64,000 nt of DNA from Felis catus (taxonomy: Eukaryota), in contig NC_058368.1 of the NCBI RefSeq assembly GCF_018350175.1, positions 112,966,001 to 113,030,000 on the forward strand. The letters are read 5' to 3'. The position numbers and the translations under genes were made by a program. The notes beneath the pieces were generated by a model, which was given only the letters and a program-made list of their open reading frames with translations, was not told the DNA's origin and did not search any database. Of the stretch, positions 36,830 through 50,157 are shown piece by piece. The first letter of the stretch is position 1; every line of letters starts with the position of its first letter.

Positions 36830-37260
36830 GGTGTAACTCCACATCCCTTTCCAGTAACAAGGTTGATCACAGGCAAATGACCCAATCCTAGCCAGCTGAG
36901 CCTGAAGGGACTCCTTGAGGGCCCCTAGGAAGTGGGTCACTCTTTGATTAAAAGAGACACAGAGGGAAAAACGGTCCATTTTTTCATCATAGTGGAAGGG
37001 GACATCTAGAAACTAGAGGTACTGCACCCCTCAGGTGACCCTGAGGGGACACCCATGGAGAGCAAGAGGCAGCGTGCAGAGGAGGGCAGAGGTAGAAAAA
37101 GTGGGTCCTAGACAGCATGGCGAGCCACTAAATTAACTAGCAGGGGACCAACTCCAGACCAGACTCTTCTGTGTGAGATGATAAACATTACGATTCTCTG
37201 AGCTACATTTAGTCAGGTTTTCTGTAATTGCAATGAGAAACATCCTCCCTGGATAATAAG
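36830..37260. mobile_element. MLT1 (MaLR) LTR
   Basis: tgacccaatcctagcca...gagagcaagaggcag...gggtcctag...tgtgtgagatgataaac...gtcaggttttctgtaattgca. Confidence 0.7.
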
Positions 37261-37317
37261 TGAAACTGCTAGATCATGGTTGCAGTTTTCGTTTTCTTGA
37301 TTACAGTGAACTTGAGC

Positions 37318-37542
37318 TTTTTTTTTTTTTTTTTTTTTTTTTTTGAGAGAGAGAGAGAGTGAGAGACAGAGAGAGAGCGAGCAGGTGAGGTGCAGAGGGA
37401 GAGGGAGAGAGAGAATCCCAAGCCAGAATCTCCACACCCAGCACGGAGCCCAACTCCGGACTCCGTCTCACGACCCTGGCATCAAGACTCGAGCCAAAAT
37501 CAAGAGTGGGACACTTAACCAACTGAGCCGGCCAAGCGCCCC
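37318..37542 (-). mobile_element. Can-SINE
   Basis: Poly-T tail and antisense body. Confidence 0.92.
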
Positions 37543-37549
37543 TGAACTT

Positions 37550-38480
37550 TTTTTTTGTTTTGTTTTTAACTTGGCCACTTGTGTTTCTTCTTTTCCGAAT
37601 TGCCTTCTATATCTGTTTTCATTTTACTGTAGGAGTATTGCCTTCATAGTGACTTACAAAAATATTTTTATATTTAAAATATTAACCCTCCATTGTAAAT
37701 GCTACGGATATTTTTCCTACTTCCAAACTCCTCAACATGTTGAAGATTGAAATTTTTCTCTAACATACGAATTTTTTTCTGATTCCATTTGCTTTTATGC
37801 TTAGTAAGTATTTTGTCACAAAGTGAACAGATATTCATCTGTATTTTGCATGGTCTTACATTACTTACTCTCATGGTCTTACATTAATTGTTTAATATGC
37901 ATTGGGGTGAATAATATGAAATAAAGATCCAATTTTTTTTTTCTAAAAATGTAGGCAAATTTGAACACTATTTACCGGAAAGTACAAAACTTCCTCTGTT
38001 GATCTGTAGTGTCTTTATCTATACCAGTGCTGACCTTGGGTCTCTCTTGGAGTTTTCTGTTCTTATTCATGGATATCTAGCCATTCTCTTCTGCAAGTGT
38101 CATGCTGCTTTAGTAACTGTAACTCTTTAATGTCATTGATTTTCTGATAATAGAAGCCCCCCTTCACTGTTATTTTGTAAACTCCTTTTAGTCACTCTCA
38201 CTGATTTCCCATATATGTATAAATCATCTTTAAATATCCCTTAAAATTCTATTAGGCTTTGTTGGGGGGGGCAATTATACTAAAATGATAATGTAAAGAG
38301 AAGTAACATTTTGTAACATAGTGACTTCTTCAGGACCACATTTCACTTGCCAAATCTTTTCAGTCTTATTTGATTTTTTTCCCAGTATTTTGTTTTCATA
38401 TTCTGCATGTAGCTTCTGCATATTACTTTTCATTTTTTTCCTTACATGATTAGATGTTTACAAAAATGATAGAATTGCCT
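37550..38480 (-). mobile_element. Old L1M fragment
   Basis: T-rich antisense L1 ORF2-type sequence (ttggccacttgtgtttcttctttt...aagatccaatttttt). Confidence 0.6.
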
Positions 38481-38949
38481 CTGTGGTTATCAGAGAAACA
38501 ATCATTGTTTTTTTAAGAGTTGTGTGCTACAGATGTCAATAGCAACTCTTCAGCACTAAATATAGTCAGTTAATTATGCAGTTCTCCATCTTTCAGAAAA
38601 TATTAATGCATTTAGACAGGAGCAGTATCAAAGTAGACACCTAGCTTGCGCTGGTGTCCTCAGTGTTAGGAACTTTCTGCTAATGCCAGGGCGGTAAACA
38701 ATCTCATTTTAGAGGGAAAGAAAGATACTATCATCTAATAAACCTAAACTCTCTCAGAGGTTGGACAGGTTACGTTGATCATACCAATTACCAGATTTCT
38801 ACAGCCTCTTCCTTTTATATACTCAACCTCAAATCAGTACAGTGTGAATACTACCATTTTTACTAAATTGCTTAAAAATATTTGTAAGTCAGTCTCCCAC
38901 TTGGGATTATTTACATAAAAATAAGACTGTTTCATTGCACAAGATAAAA

Positions 38950-39179
38950 GAGCGCCTGAGTGGCTCAGTTGGTTAAGTGTCGGACTTCCGCTCAGGTCAT
39001 GATCTTGCCGGTCATGGGTTCGAGCCCCGCATCTGGCCATGGGCCAACAGCTCAGAGCCTGGAGTCTGCTTCAGATTCTGTGTCTCCCTGTCTCTATGCC
39101 CTTCCCCTGCTTGTGCACTCTCTCTCTCTCTCTCTCTCTCTCAAAAATGAATAAACATTTTAAAAAATTTAAAAAAAAA
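38950..39179 (+). mobile_element. Can-SINE
   Basis: Head, CT tract and tail. Confidence 0.92.
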
Positions 39180-39762
39180 GAGAGTAGTGTTCAGAGGAAG
39201 TTTGAAAATACCTTGGTCCTCAGAATCCTGCTTTCTTGCCAAGAAACTCAGCCATGTTCAGAGACCCAGCACCTTCCTTCTGTCTAAACAAACTCCCTAA
39301 AACCTAAAGTTATTCCCTACCTTTTTCCAACTTTTAAGGTCTTTCCACTCCCACTTTGTAAGTTAAAAATGTCATTTTTATTTCTTTAATGTTTTTTCAC
39401 CTGTCTTCTTTCAGTTATGTTTTCTGTGGTTGCTCTGGGGTTTATTATCTACATCAACCTAGGAGAGCCTGCTTCAGATGTGTACTAGCATAATTCCAGT
39501 GTTATATTGAAATGTCATTCCTATAAAGCTCTATTCCCTTTACCTCCTTTTTGTGGTATAGCGTTACACATAGTATATCTACTAATGTTACAAACACAAA
39601 AATACTTTGTTATAGTTGTTGCTTTGTCATCTGTAGTGGTTTCCTTATCCCAATACAATTTTGCTCCCACCTACCTCCTTTGTGCTATTACTGGCAAGAA
39701 TAGTACACACACATTACATTGTGGTATGTTATAAACCCAACATTACATTATATACATGGGGC

Positions 39763-39986
39763 TTTTTTTATTTTTTATTTTTTTAATGTTTATTTTTGAG
39801 AGAGACAGAGAGACAGAGAGAAAGCAGGGGGGGAGCACAGAGAGAGGGAGACACAGAATCCGAAACAGGCTCCAGGCTCCAAGCTGTCAGCGCAGAGCCA
39901 GATGCGGGGCTGGAACTCACGGACCGCGAGATCATGACCTGAACCGAAGTCGGCCGCTTAAACCGACTGAGCCACCCAGGCGCCCC
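39763..39986 (-). mobile_element. SINEC_Fc
   Basis: Antisense full-length copy. Confidence 0.93.
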
Positions 39987-39991
39987 AAATA

Positions 39992-40090
39992 CCATTTTTT
40001 AATTCAAGTATGATTAATGTCCAGTGTTATAATAGTTTCAGTGTTATATATAATGATTCAACAATTCTATACATTACTCAGTGCTTGTCC
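39992..40090 (-). mobile_element. Short carnivore L1 3' end
   Basis: ttcaagtatgattaatg...gtttcag...atgattcaacaattctatacattactcagtgct, similar to 23030-23120. Confidence 0.7.
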
Positions 40091-41277
40091 CCTCCGTTTT
40101 TGAAAGATAACTTGGCTGGATATAGCGTTCTTGGCTGACGATTTTTTAATTGAGAATTTTGAATACTATCCTGCTGTCTTCTGGCCTCCATTGTTTCTCC
40201 TGGAGTGGTAAGTCAACTAGATGTCTTACCGCGATCCCCTTGTAAGTGACGTCATTTTTCTCTTGGCTGTTTTCGGGACTTTCTCCTTGTCTCTGATTTT
40301 CAGAAATTTTACTATGATGTGTCTGTTTGTGGATCCCTGTTTTTATTATACCTGGGGTTGATTGAGCTTCTTGGATGTGCAGGTTGTTTTTCAATACGTT
40401 TGGGAACTTTTCTGCCATTAATTTTTGGAATATTCCCTCTACTCCTTTGTCTCCTTCCCTCTGATACTCTGTTTATACTCAGTTGATGCATTTGATGGTA
40501 TCCCTCGTGTTTCTCTGAGGCTGTGTCTACTTTTCCCCTACTTTTTTCACTTGGTTCTTTGGCTTGCATAATCTCTATTGATGTATCTTCAAGTTCACTA
40601 ATTCTTTCCTCTGCCAGGTAAAGTTTACTATTGCAACCTCGAATGATTTTTCTTTTTTTTTTTTTTTTTGATTTCTGTTAGTGTACTTTTCAACTCCAGA
40701 ATTTCCACTTGGTTCTCTCTCTCTTTTTTTTTTTTTTTTTGTAATTTATGTCTCTTTATCGACATTCTCTATTTGATAGGGCATTGTTATCACATCTTGC
40801 TTTACTTCTTTAATTATGCTTTCAGTTCCATGAACATATTGAGAAGGGCTATTCTGAAGTCTTTTGCTGCTAAGTCTGACATCTCATCTTTCACAGGCAG
40901 TTTGTGCTGTCTCCTCTTGTTTTTCAGTGTAACAACTCTGGAAGCCAGTCTCCCTCCTCTGCAGCTTGTTGTTGTTATTGGCTTGTTGATATTGTAGTGA
41001 CTGTCTGGATTATTGTAGTTACATTTATCCCCCTCCCAACACACACAACACAGTGTTAATGAAGCCTCTGATGTTACTCCACAGGAAGGCACAGCTTTGG
41101 GTATGCCCGTGGTCACCTGGGGGTGACAGTGGTATCCGTAGGCCTCCCTTTCTCTCTTTGCCTGATCACAGGCAGGTGTGTATTCCATTGAATGCTTTAT
41201 TACTTTAAACAGTGCCCTGCACATAAATTGCTTGTATTTAATCCTTTCAAATTGTGGAGTGGTTTCTGAGGTTGGGA

Positions 41278-41711
41278 CAGTACCCCCCCTCCACCTTATC
41301 CACAGGGGATACATTCCAAGGCCCCCAACAGACACATGAAAATGGCCAGTATGCAACCCCATATATACTATGTTTTTTTTCCTATATACATACCTATGAT
41401 AAAGTTTAGCTTATGAATCGGGCACAGTTAGGATTAGCAACAATAATAATAAAACAGAACAATTAACAATATACTGTAATACATTATGGGAATGTGGTTT
41501 CTCTCTCTCAACCTCTCTCAGAATAACTCCTCGTACAGTATTCACCCTTCTTGTGTTGGTGACATGACATGAAAAATGCCTTTGTGGTGAGATAAATGGG
41601 GGGAATGACACAGACATTGTGACAAAGCGTTAGGCTAGTATTGCTCTTCCACGGATGCCTCAGAAGGAGGACCTCTGCTCCCTGACTATCGTTGACTGCA
41701 GGTAACTGAAA
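41278..41711 (-). mobile_element. MER44/Tigger7-like TcMar-Tigger MITE
   Basis: cagtaccccc...ccttatccacaggggatacattccaag...gttgactgcaggtaactgaaa. Confidence 0.75.
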
Positions 41712-42060
41712 TATTTAATATTTCTTCTGACCCCAGGGGTGCTCCTCCCAGCTCTTTTATTCCCTGAGTGTCTACTACAAACCAGCCAACCTAAAGCCTG
41801 GGCTGTATCTTCACTAAATCCACCAATCTCCCCCCAGCCGATTCCATCACAACCTCCTCTGTCTTGAGGGCCCCTTTGAACTTCTCAGCTCTCTGTTGCA
41901 AATGAAGTCAGTTCCTTTGCAGAGAGCTTATGAGCTCCCTGTTTGATGGTCTGCTTCCCACCTCAGGCAGAACTGTCTCCGCTGGGACTCTAGAGCTGGA
42001 GGTGGAGACGATGACAGGCTGCACTCTAAGTGACACTCTTACTCTAGGAGTTGAGTATTC

Positions 42061-42062
<2 letters not shown>

Positions 42063-42104
<42 letters not shown>
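42063..42104. repeat. (TG)n microsatellite
   Basis: Direct observation. Confidence 0.95.
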
Positions 42105-42106
<2 letters not shown>

Positions 42107-42597
42107 GCTGTTAGCAGCCTGGGGTCCCCTCAGCCTGCCTCTCCTGCCATGGAGGCACCACCTCATGAGCCAGTCAACAGTGATGAGATCAGTATTCTCT
42201 ATGCTCAGGGGAGGAGAGCCTCCTTTCCACACATGGGGACTGGGTGGAAGAAGGGAGCCCCCACCTGTCGACCTCATTCAACTGGGCCTTAGCTTAAGCA
42301 AGGTAGCTGAAGCCTTGCCGTACCCCCTGACTAGGAGCTGGGTGCGGAGGGAGCCCTGTGTTCTTGGGGTGGCAGTCAGAAGTAGAAGTAGAGTCTCTGC
42401 CTTGCTGAGCTAGGTGATGAGAAGCTAAGGATGTTCTTGGTTCAAAGAACTCAGACTCTAGAATGTAAACTCAGCTTATTTGTTGTAAAAAGAACAATTC
42501 CGAGAGACAGGGAGGAAAGGGAGAGAACCTTGTGTATGCCAAGCTTATGTGTATACATAGCATTTATAAGTTGGATGCATTTCAGAATGAAACCCTA

Positions 42598-42814
42598 TTT
42601 TTTTTTAAATTAATGTTTATTTATTTTTGAGACAGAGGGAGACAGAGCATGAGTGGGGGAGGGGCAGAGAGAGAGGGAGACACAGAATCCGAAGCAGACT
42701 CCAGGCTCCGAGCTGTCGGCACAGAGCCTGATGTGGGGCTTGAACCCACGAACCATGAGATCATGACCTGAGCTGAAGTCGGACGCTTAACCAACTGAGC
42801 CACCCAGGCGCCCC
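42598..42814 (-). mobile_element. SINEC_Fc
   Basis: TSD tgaaa(c/t)cctatttt. Confidence 0.95.
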
Positions 42815-43401
42815 TGAAATCCTATTTTATAGCTCTGCCTGCTTTGTTTTGTCTCGGCCCCCATGCACGTAAGGCATTCAGTGGAGGCAATAATTCTAGT
42901 CCTGTCAGAACCTCAATTCAGGCACAAGACCCCATGTCTCTGATTTCTCATGTAGTTCCCATGAAAGTACTTGGACTCCTCGTCCGTGTGGCCTGATCTT
43001 TCTCCTCATGCACTTGGGCCCATGAGGGCTCTTTGCCTTCCTGGGAAGGCTTCTTCCCAGCTCCTGACCTTCCGTTGTCCACGAGGCAGGTAAATATAGA
43101 AATATTTGTGGGCTGCACTTATGCTTTGAAAAAAGAAATAGAGCACAGAGGTTTTAAGCAAGTTGCCAAAGGTCACACAGCTGGGAAGTAATAAAACCAG
43201 GAGTTGATGTTAAGAAGTTAGAGTAAGTGCTCTTAACTCCTACCCTGTCTCTGCCTCTCAAGCGTTCAGCCAGCATCAGTGTCCCTTTTTCTCCTTTTAT
43301 ATAATCAACTCGGTACTGGCAATGTGGCCTTGATTTATGTTTGGAGTCATGAAATACCTGACTAGTTCGGGCCATTTCTCCAAATCTCAAAAACCCTTAC
43401 G

Positions 43402-43580
43402 CTGGGCTTCTCGAACTTGGCTTCCCATTGCAATCACCTGGGGAGGTTTAAAACACAGTCATATCCGAGCCTCATCCCGGAGATTCTGAGGGTGTCGTTA
43501 CGGGCTGTGTTGTGGGCACCAGGGTTTATGAAAACTCCGCAGGTAATTCTAACGTGCAGCATCGCCGAGAACCCCTGCTC
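43402..43580. mobile_element. MER5-like MITE
   Basis: ttctcgaacttggct...aatcacctggggag...gagattctga...caggtaattctaacgtgcagc...gagaacccctg. Confidence 0.7.
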
Positions 43581-44324
43581 TGATAAACCTGAGCATCAGC
43601 TGATTCAACTGGCAAGGACGATTTCACTCCGTCTAACCTGATTTTATTTCCGGGTGTTGATGACGCAAGCAAACATGCGAAATATGTACCAGCTTGGACC
43701 CACTCCTCAAGGGGAAGCTGAGGTATGTCACAGTTCCATAACACAGCATCACACACGTGCCAGTAGCTGCCAGATCCCTATTTTTGGCATGTCCTTCTCC
43801 ACTGGGCCCTTGAAGGGCATGTGTTGGGGTGTCATAGCGCAGTGCTGTGTCTCAGACTATTTATACTACTCCTACAGCTGTTGAAGCTGTCACTTTGTAA
43901 ATGCCATTGTAATATGAAGGGCTCTCCTTAAAATAGTGCTTTTCTCTTCCGAAGTCCGTGCTAACTAGAATTGTAGGATCCACACAGCTCCTGTGCAACG
44001 CCAGTAAAGATAAAAACCCACTTACTTATCTCTGTTTTACACCTGCTGGTGCTTCTGGGAAGCCATTCCCCCCCAGCAGGGCCAGGGAGATGTTTAGCGC
44101 TCGTAGTTTTCACATTCACAGGTAAAATCGCAGTGGAATAACCGTGCACGAGGGCTTGTGAGAAGACTTCAGCCACTCCCAGGAAAGCGACCATCTGCAC
44201 CCTCCAGGAGGGCTAACCTCCTTTCCAGAAAAGAGCCTGACGTGCAGTCGGGTTCCAGTGAGCAGTGTTTCCCGGGCGGCTGCGCTTGGAGAGATGGCCA
44301 TGGAACGCCAGAGCTCAGGATTCA

Positions 44325-45840
44325 CTCACCCATCCATTCTACTAACGTGTTCATGCCCCCGGGCACCTGCCCCGGCCTCTACAAGGCCTGGGGCCAGCAG
44401 TGAGCAAGGCAGGCATGGTCTCTGCCTTATGGAGTTCACCAGCTAATGAGGATGGACGTTTAATGTTTAAAATCAAATAATTATATAACTACGAGTTGCG
44501 CTAAGTGCCAGGAAAGGGGGGAAATGGTGCTATGAGAGAAATTAATAGAGGGAATCTTGTTGACACTGGATGGTGAGTGAGGGGCAGGGCAGCCACCCTG
44601 GGCCCAAGAGGTGAGTGGGATGTGGCTGGGGGAGGGGGTGAAGGGTATTTCCAGGTAGGCGGCATTATAGGGGAATGCTTAGCACTTTGCTCAAGGGAAT
44701 TCGCCTGACTGGAGGCAGTGGGCAGGGACAGAAAGGATACTAGGAGAAGTGGAAGGGTGAGGGGGATTTGGAATTTTATCCTGAGACCCACGGGAAGCCT
44801 TAGGGCAGTTTGAGTGAGGGCCTGGTGGCGGGGGGCACAAGGGGGGGGTTACATGACCATTGTGGGTCTTTAGGAGGAGGACACATTGGAGAAGCGCCAG
44901 TGGAAGTGAAGTCAGCAGAGAGAACGTGAGAGGGGATGGCACACAGCGCCCTCACCCCTCCCATCAACCTTACCCTCCTCTTGCTTGGACCCTGGGGGTG
45001 AGGGAACAGCAGGTGCGTCCACTGCCCATCAGCACTTGTGTTTTCTGCGTCTGGAGGAATGAGGCGGCCGGGGTGGAGGTTGGCCGAGTTATCGTGTTGC
45101 CCACTCTTCCAGGCCAGCCTCTGGGACACAGCAGGGTGGCAGGTCCTTGGTTTCCACACTGACTTGCAGCATTCTCGTCCTTGGGGACGTGCCGCCTGCT
45201 TGTGCTCTTTGGTGGTGAACAAACACAGGAGTGTATTTACCCTCTGCGTCTCTCCCATCCATCTCCTTTTTTCCAGCCTCTGCTGACATCCCAGCTCGGG
45301 CCCTGACCTCCTTTGACCTGGTTCGCTGCAGTAGACTTCTCTAACTGCCTCCCCACTGGCGTGACGACCTCAGCTATCTCCTGCTAATCAGGCCCTACCT
45401 TGAAATCTGACTCATCTTTCCAAGCCATAGCCTTCAGGACACCACTTCCCTGATTTTTCACGGCTCCTCATTGCGGAATGAGTTAAACTGAAGGTCTTAA
45501 CCTTGGCCTTCAAGTTCCCAGAGTGCCTCTGCTCCCACCCCCTGGATGACTGACCACACAGGACCACTCTCTGACCACGGCTTTTGCTCTCCTGTCTCCT
45601 GCCTTTGGAATCGGCCCTGCCTGTCAAAACCACGTGATGTTTCCCCTCCGTGAAGGACAAGGGCAAATTCCTCCTGCCGGTTACTTCCGGCCTCAATGTT
45701 TATCTTCGCCATGCGCCCTATCCCGCTTGTTCCGTGATCGCGTGTACCACAGCGTATTCCTCACTGCTGCCCATCTTAGTCCTGGGGTCACTTGGGGGAG
45801 GACGTGTGGCTGTACTTTTCTCCCCTCCTTGCCCCTTCCT
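44325..45840. mobile_element. Two L2 fragments in opposite orientation (~44325-44950 and ~45230-45840)
   Basis: ctctgccttatggagttcac...ggatttggaattttatcctgag; cttctctaactgcctcccc...cttaaccttggccttcaag. Confidence 0.6.
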
Positions 45841-46489
45841 CAGGGAGCATTGTCAGCTTAGCAGCGGATCAGAGCTGAGAGACACTGCCATTCCTTACCT
45901 CTACGTGCTTGTTTTCTTTTTCTTCTTGCTTTGTTTCTTTCAGTGCCAATGTTTTCTTTTAACAGAATGTAGAGCTCCGGGCACTTTTTCTTCTGCTGAT
46001 GCATCTACAGTGTCCCCTCCGCACTCTCAGCTCCTCGATTCCTCAGGGATGGGAAGGTAGAGGAGGGCCAGGTCCATTTTCACCTGCCCTGCTAATGGCC
46101 ACAGGTTGGTAGTGCGAGCCAGCTTTTTGTTGACTCAGTCCCACTGAAGGGAGCCAAGAGGCTGTGTGTGTGTGTGAACCCTGAAGGTTCGCAGGCCCCC
46201 CAGCGGACATGGCCCGAGGCCTCAGCACGTCGTTAGCTCACGCAGAAAGTACCCTTCACGAAGTGTCAAACAGCATAGTTGTGGCCTCCAACACTGCAGC
46301 TTCGGGTCATATCTCAAGTACCTTTGCCAGGTTTCAGGGACATCACAGCTCTTAAATGTCAAAGAACAGGGGATCGATGCTGCCCTGGACTCAGCCAGGA
46401 AAATGTCTGATGACAATCGACAGGCTTGGGGCCACACTCTACAAAAATTCTGTACGGTCCCCGGAGTCCTCCCTTCTTGCACACACACC

Positions 46490-47370
46490 TTCTCAGTTTC
46501 CAAACTCAACTCAAGAATGAGTTACAAAAAGACAGACAACACCAAACATTAATGAAGATTTGGGACAATAGGAATTTTCATCCATTGTTGGTGGAGACAT
46601 ACATTGTACAACCACCACTTTGAAAACGGCCTTCTGTTTCATATCCTCTACCCTGTGATCTTAAGCCTTATCCAAGAGGAATGAAAACATGTCCATAGAA
46701 AGACCTCTATTTAAACGTACGTAGCAGCCTAAGTGCCCTTCAGTAGAAGAATGTATGAAAAAGTACATATTCACAGTGTATTCCTGCAATGAAATACTAC
46801 CACCTAGCAATAAAAAGGAACATACCAAGGACGAACCCAGAAAACGTATGTTGAGGGAAAGGAGACTCCCATAAAGAGGACACATTGTCAGGTTGTGTGC
46901 AATTCATATGAAATTCGAGAACAGACAAAACTAACTTAGATCAGAAAAGTGGTTTCCTCTGAGGGAGCTGAAGGCAGGCATCGACTGGGAGGGGCCATGA
47001 CAGAACTTTCTGGGATGATGGTAATAATATTCTATATCTCGATAGGGGTTTTGGTTACTCAGGTGTATGCTCTCGTCAAAACTCACAGTGGGCACTTAAA
47101 ACTTGTGCATTTCATCGTTTGCAAGATGCTCATCAAAAGAAACAACGATGCAGATATTCAACTTCGTGGTTTTCATGCTGGAATATCTAGAAGGAAGTAT
47201 GCTTTTGTTTGCAGTTTACTCTGAAACATAAAACATAAGATAAATTGATGGAAAGAGGGATGGAGAGATGGGTGAATGTGTAATACAACAAGCAGAGTGT
47301 CACTGCTAGAATTTGGGTGGTGGTTGTGTAGTTTTTCACTATAAAATTCTTTCAGCTTTGCTATGTGGTA
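46490..47370 (+). mobile_element. Old L1ME-like 3' fragment
   Basis: gtacaaccaccactttgaaaac...aatgaaatactac...cagacaaaactaact...gtcaaaactcac. Confidence 0.75.
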
Positions 47371-47862
47371 TGAGGCTCGAGTAAGGCTCAGTGTTATGCG
47401 TTGCCTTGACATCTGGTTAAATCAAGAGGGCCTCCGATGGCCTTCCCACACGCTTCCCTCCCCACCCTGCTCCTGTGGATAAGGTTCCCTGGCCTAATAA
47501 CCCTCCTTATCCAGGGCACCAGACGCAGTCCTTGCTTATATCCCTGAGAAGAGGGTTTCAGTTCCTTGCCAGTCCGCAGAATCATTCAACCAAGTCAGTC
47601 ACATCCTCCCTTGAGGCCAAGGGGCACCCCTTCTTCTCGATGCTACAAAGCCTACTCCCACAGCCCTGCCTGTCCACTCTTTTCCTGAACGCAGCCCCGC
47701 TGTGGCCCTGTATGTCATGTTGTGGCCTCCTTCCCCAGACTGTATGCATGACTAGTAGATCTTGATCTGTCCAGTGTCAGATGTTCTGTGATAGGCCATC
47801 CCTGTAACCCCAAGGCAGGAATCCCTCCCTCACTGATGGAATGAATAGGAGGCAATTAAAAC
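47365..47862 (+). mobile_element. ERVL-type solo LTR (MER54/MER74-like)
   Basis: Ends ...ggaatccctccctcac...gaataggaggcaattaaaaca (terminal CA); L1 3' end resumes afterwards. Confidence 0.55.
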
Positions 47863-48784
47863 ATGTTGGATGTTTGCAGTTGGCATAAAATGTTGGAAAC
47901 AACTTACGTGCACAGCAGTGAATGCTGTCACAAAAGAGAAAGGGCTGTCTCTAACGTTATTAGGGCTTATAGTTGACTTTGGGGAGTTCAAATAGTATTA
48001 AATCACACACTGGCCACTTAAATGTGACACACACTGTATCTGTTCTCTGTCATTTAATCCTGACTTGCTCAGGCTCGCATGGTGAGTGAAACAGCATGAG
48101 AATCCAGGCGTCAGATGCCGTGGCCCGCCACCCTTCAGGGTAGAAAGCCCTCCCTGACTTACGAGCTCACTTACCTTTAGGCAAATCATTTCCCCTCTCT
48201 GGGCCTCTGTGCTTTGTCTGTAACAATTAGGGGTTGCCACAATTCACCTTTCCAGCCCTACCAGTTTAGAGATAAGTAATTTTAGAATTAGCATAAACTA
48301 CTGCACTTATAATTACCTTATGACGGGAAAAAGGAAAGAGGCATCCTATCCTTGCGTTCTGCCGCGTTGGAGAAACAGTTTATCCTCATGATGACACGGC
48401 CCCTCATGTCCACTTAACAGGAGACACCAAAGAGCAGGAATTCAACTGGTTGCCTGTTTGAATCGTCTGGTTTTGAGAATTTGCACACTCGGGTCAACGG
48501 CATTTGTCGTTGTTACACTAATACTTCCCATTGTGAATCACACAGTCAGATACTTCAACCCAGCTTCCTTCTGGACAGTCGTTCAGAGGTGAGGCCCTGA
48601 AGCCTCTCTAGCTCACAGAGAGGTTAGTGAGAGGATTTCACACAGGGACAGGCCACATCCGTGCAATGTAGCTGAGTGTGTGACTAAGCAACCTGGAACG
48701 TGTGGATAAAATTGTCACCCAGAGCCAGGACAGAATCACCGCATGCCTGCAGCGATAACAGCTCTCTCCTTTTATTCTTCGCAG

Positions 48785-48886
48785 TCTTCAGCTCTCAGAA
48801 GATTAGTGAAAGATGATGGCTGATCTGGAGCCTCTTCGCTGAGGACAAAACGAGATAGATGACGCTTTGGAGCCATCTTTCTGGGG
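48785..48886 (+). ncRNA. Candidate non-coding exon (102 nt)
   Basis: Strong acceptor ctctctccttttattcttcgcag| and donor GGG|gtacgt; stops in all three frames. Confidence 0.35.
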
Positions 48887-48904
48887 GTACGTGAAACTCT
48901 GTCT

Positions 48905-49065
48905 GAAATCTGTCTGATTCTTCATTCTGGGAGACTGTCCTGAGCACTGTAGGGTGTCTAGAAGCATCCCTGGTCTCTTGCCCACAGATGCCAGCAGTGT
49001 CACCCTAGTCATGAATCAAAAACGTCTCCAAACATGGTCAGTCTCTCCCCGTTGAGAAGCGCTGC
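48905..49065. mobile_element. MER20 hAT-Charlie MITE
   Basis: ctgtcctgagcactgtagggtg...gcatccctggtctc...cagatgccagcag...aaaaacgtctccaaacat. Confidence 0.8.
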
Positions 49066-49217
49066 TCTAAAGCTAGGCATTCGTGAACAGTTTGGGTAGG
49101 GTGAGGGAAGGAACCGATGTTCCACCACCCTGACCTCAGATGACATTGAGAAAAGCTTAGTTTCCAAATACTGCCCTCAGGTTGGCACACATTTTGTTTT
49201 AAATTGTGCTTAAATGC

Positions 49218-49437
49218 GGGGCACCTCGGTGGCTCAGTTGGTTAAGCATCCAACTCTTGATTTCAGCTCAGGTCATGATCTCACGGTTTGTGGATTCAAG
49301 TCTGTCCCACATCTGGCTCTGTGCTGACAGCGTGGAGCCTGCTTGGGAATCTCTCTCTCCCTCTCTTTCTCTGCCCCTCATTCGCTCACATATGTCCATG
49401 TGCACTTTCTCTCTCTCCGAAATAAACGTTTTTAAAC
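49218..49437 (+). mobile_element. Can-SINE
   Basis: TSD-like attgtgct(t/a)aaat. Confidence 0.9.
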
Positions 49438-49797
49438 ATTGTGCTAAAATACACGCTGCGTCACTTACCATCTCCCTAAGTTTACACTTCAGTTTTGTTG
49501 GATCTATTCACACTGTTGTACAACCAATCCCCAAAACTCTTCCAACTTCCCAAACTGGAACTATACAACCCCCCCATTTCCCCCTCCCCCCAGCCCCTGG
49601 CAATCATCATTCTACTTTCTGTCCTTGTGAATTTGACTACTCTAGATACCTCCCATAATTGGAATCCTACAGTATTTGTCTTTTTGTGATTTATTTCACT
49701 TCACGTAATTCCTTCAAGGTTTATCCATATTGCAGTCTGTGCCAGAATTTTCTTCCTTCTTAAGGCTGAATATTCAACTGTGTGTATGTATCACACT

Positions 49798-49986
49798 TTG
49801 TTTTTTATTTTTTTATTTTGAGAGAGAGAGAGAAAGTGGAGGAGGGGCAGAGAGAGGGAGAGAGAAAGTGGAGGAGGGGCAGAGAGAGAGGGAGAGAGAG
49901 AGAGAGAGAGAGAGAATCTAAGCAGGCTCTGCACTGTCGGCACGGAGGCTGATGTGAGGCCCAAGTTCACAAAGGTGAGATCATCG
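49798..49986 (-). mobile_element. Can-SINE, 5'-truncated, with internal tandem duplication
   Basis: gagagagaaagtggaggaggggcagagag x2; head missing. Confidence 0.85.
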
Positions 49987-50157
49987 CGTTTTGTTTGTAT
50001 ATTCATTCGCTGATGGACGCTTGGGTTACTTCCATCTTTTGGCGATTGTAAATAGTGCTGCTGTGAACATGGCTGAGCAGATACGTCTTCAACGCCCTCC
50101 TTTCAATTCTTTGTGGCGTATACTCAGAGGTGGAATTGCTGGGTCATATGGTAAGTC

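Larger units (their letters stand above)
39360..41900 (-). mobile_element. Old L1M element including decayed ORF1 and 5' region, with nested insertions
   Basis: Minus ORFs 40146-40418 (MAEKFPN...IQEAQSTP...VTYKG) and the end of 40814-41362 (DLAAKDFRIALLNMFMELK) match L1 ORF1p motifs; frameshifted. Confidence 0.85.

Noticed and set aside
37849..37886. Short direct repeats catggtcttacatta x2 (also ttttattatatctg x2 at 53389-53416)
   Set aside because: Ordinary micro-duplications within old repeats
40146..41362. ORFs of 85-182 aa as a host gene
   Set aside because: Fragmented L1 ORF1 plus MITE sequence; frameshifted
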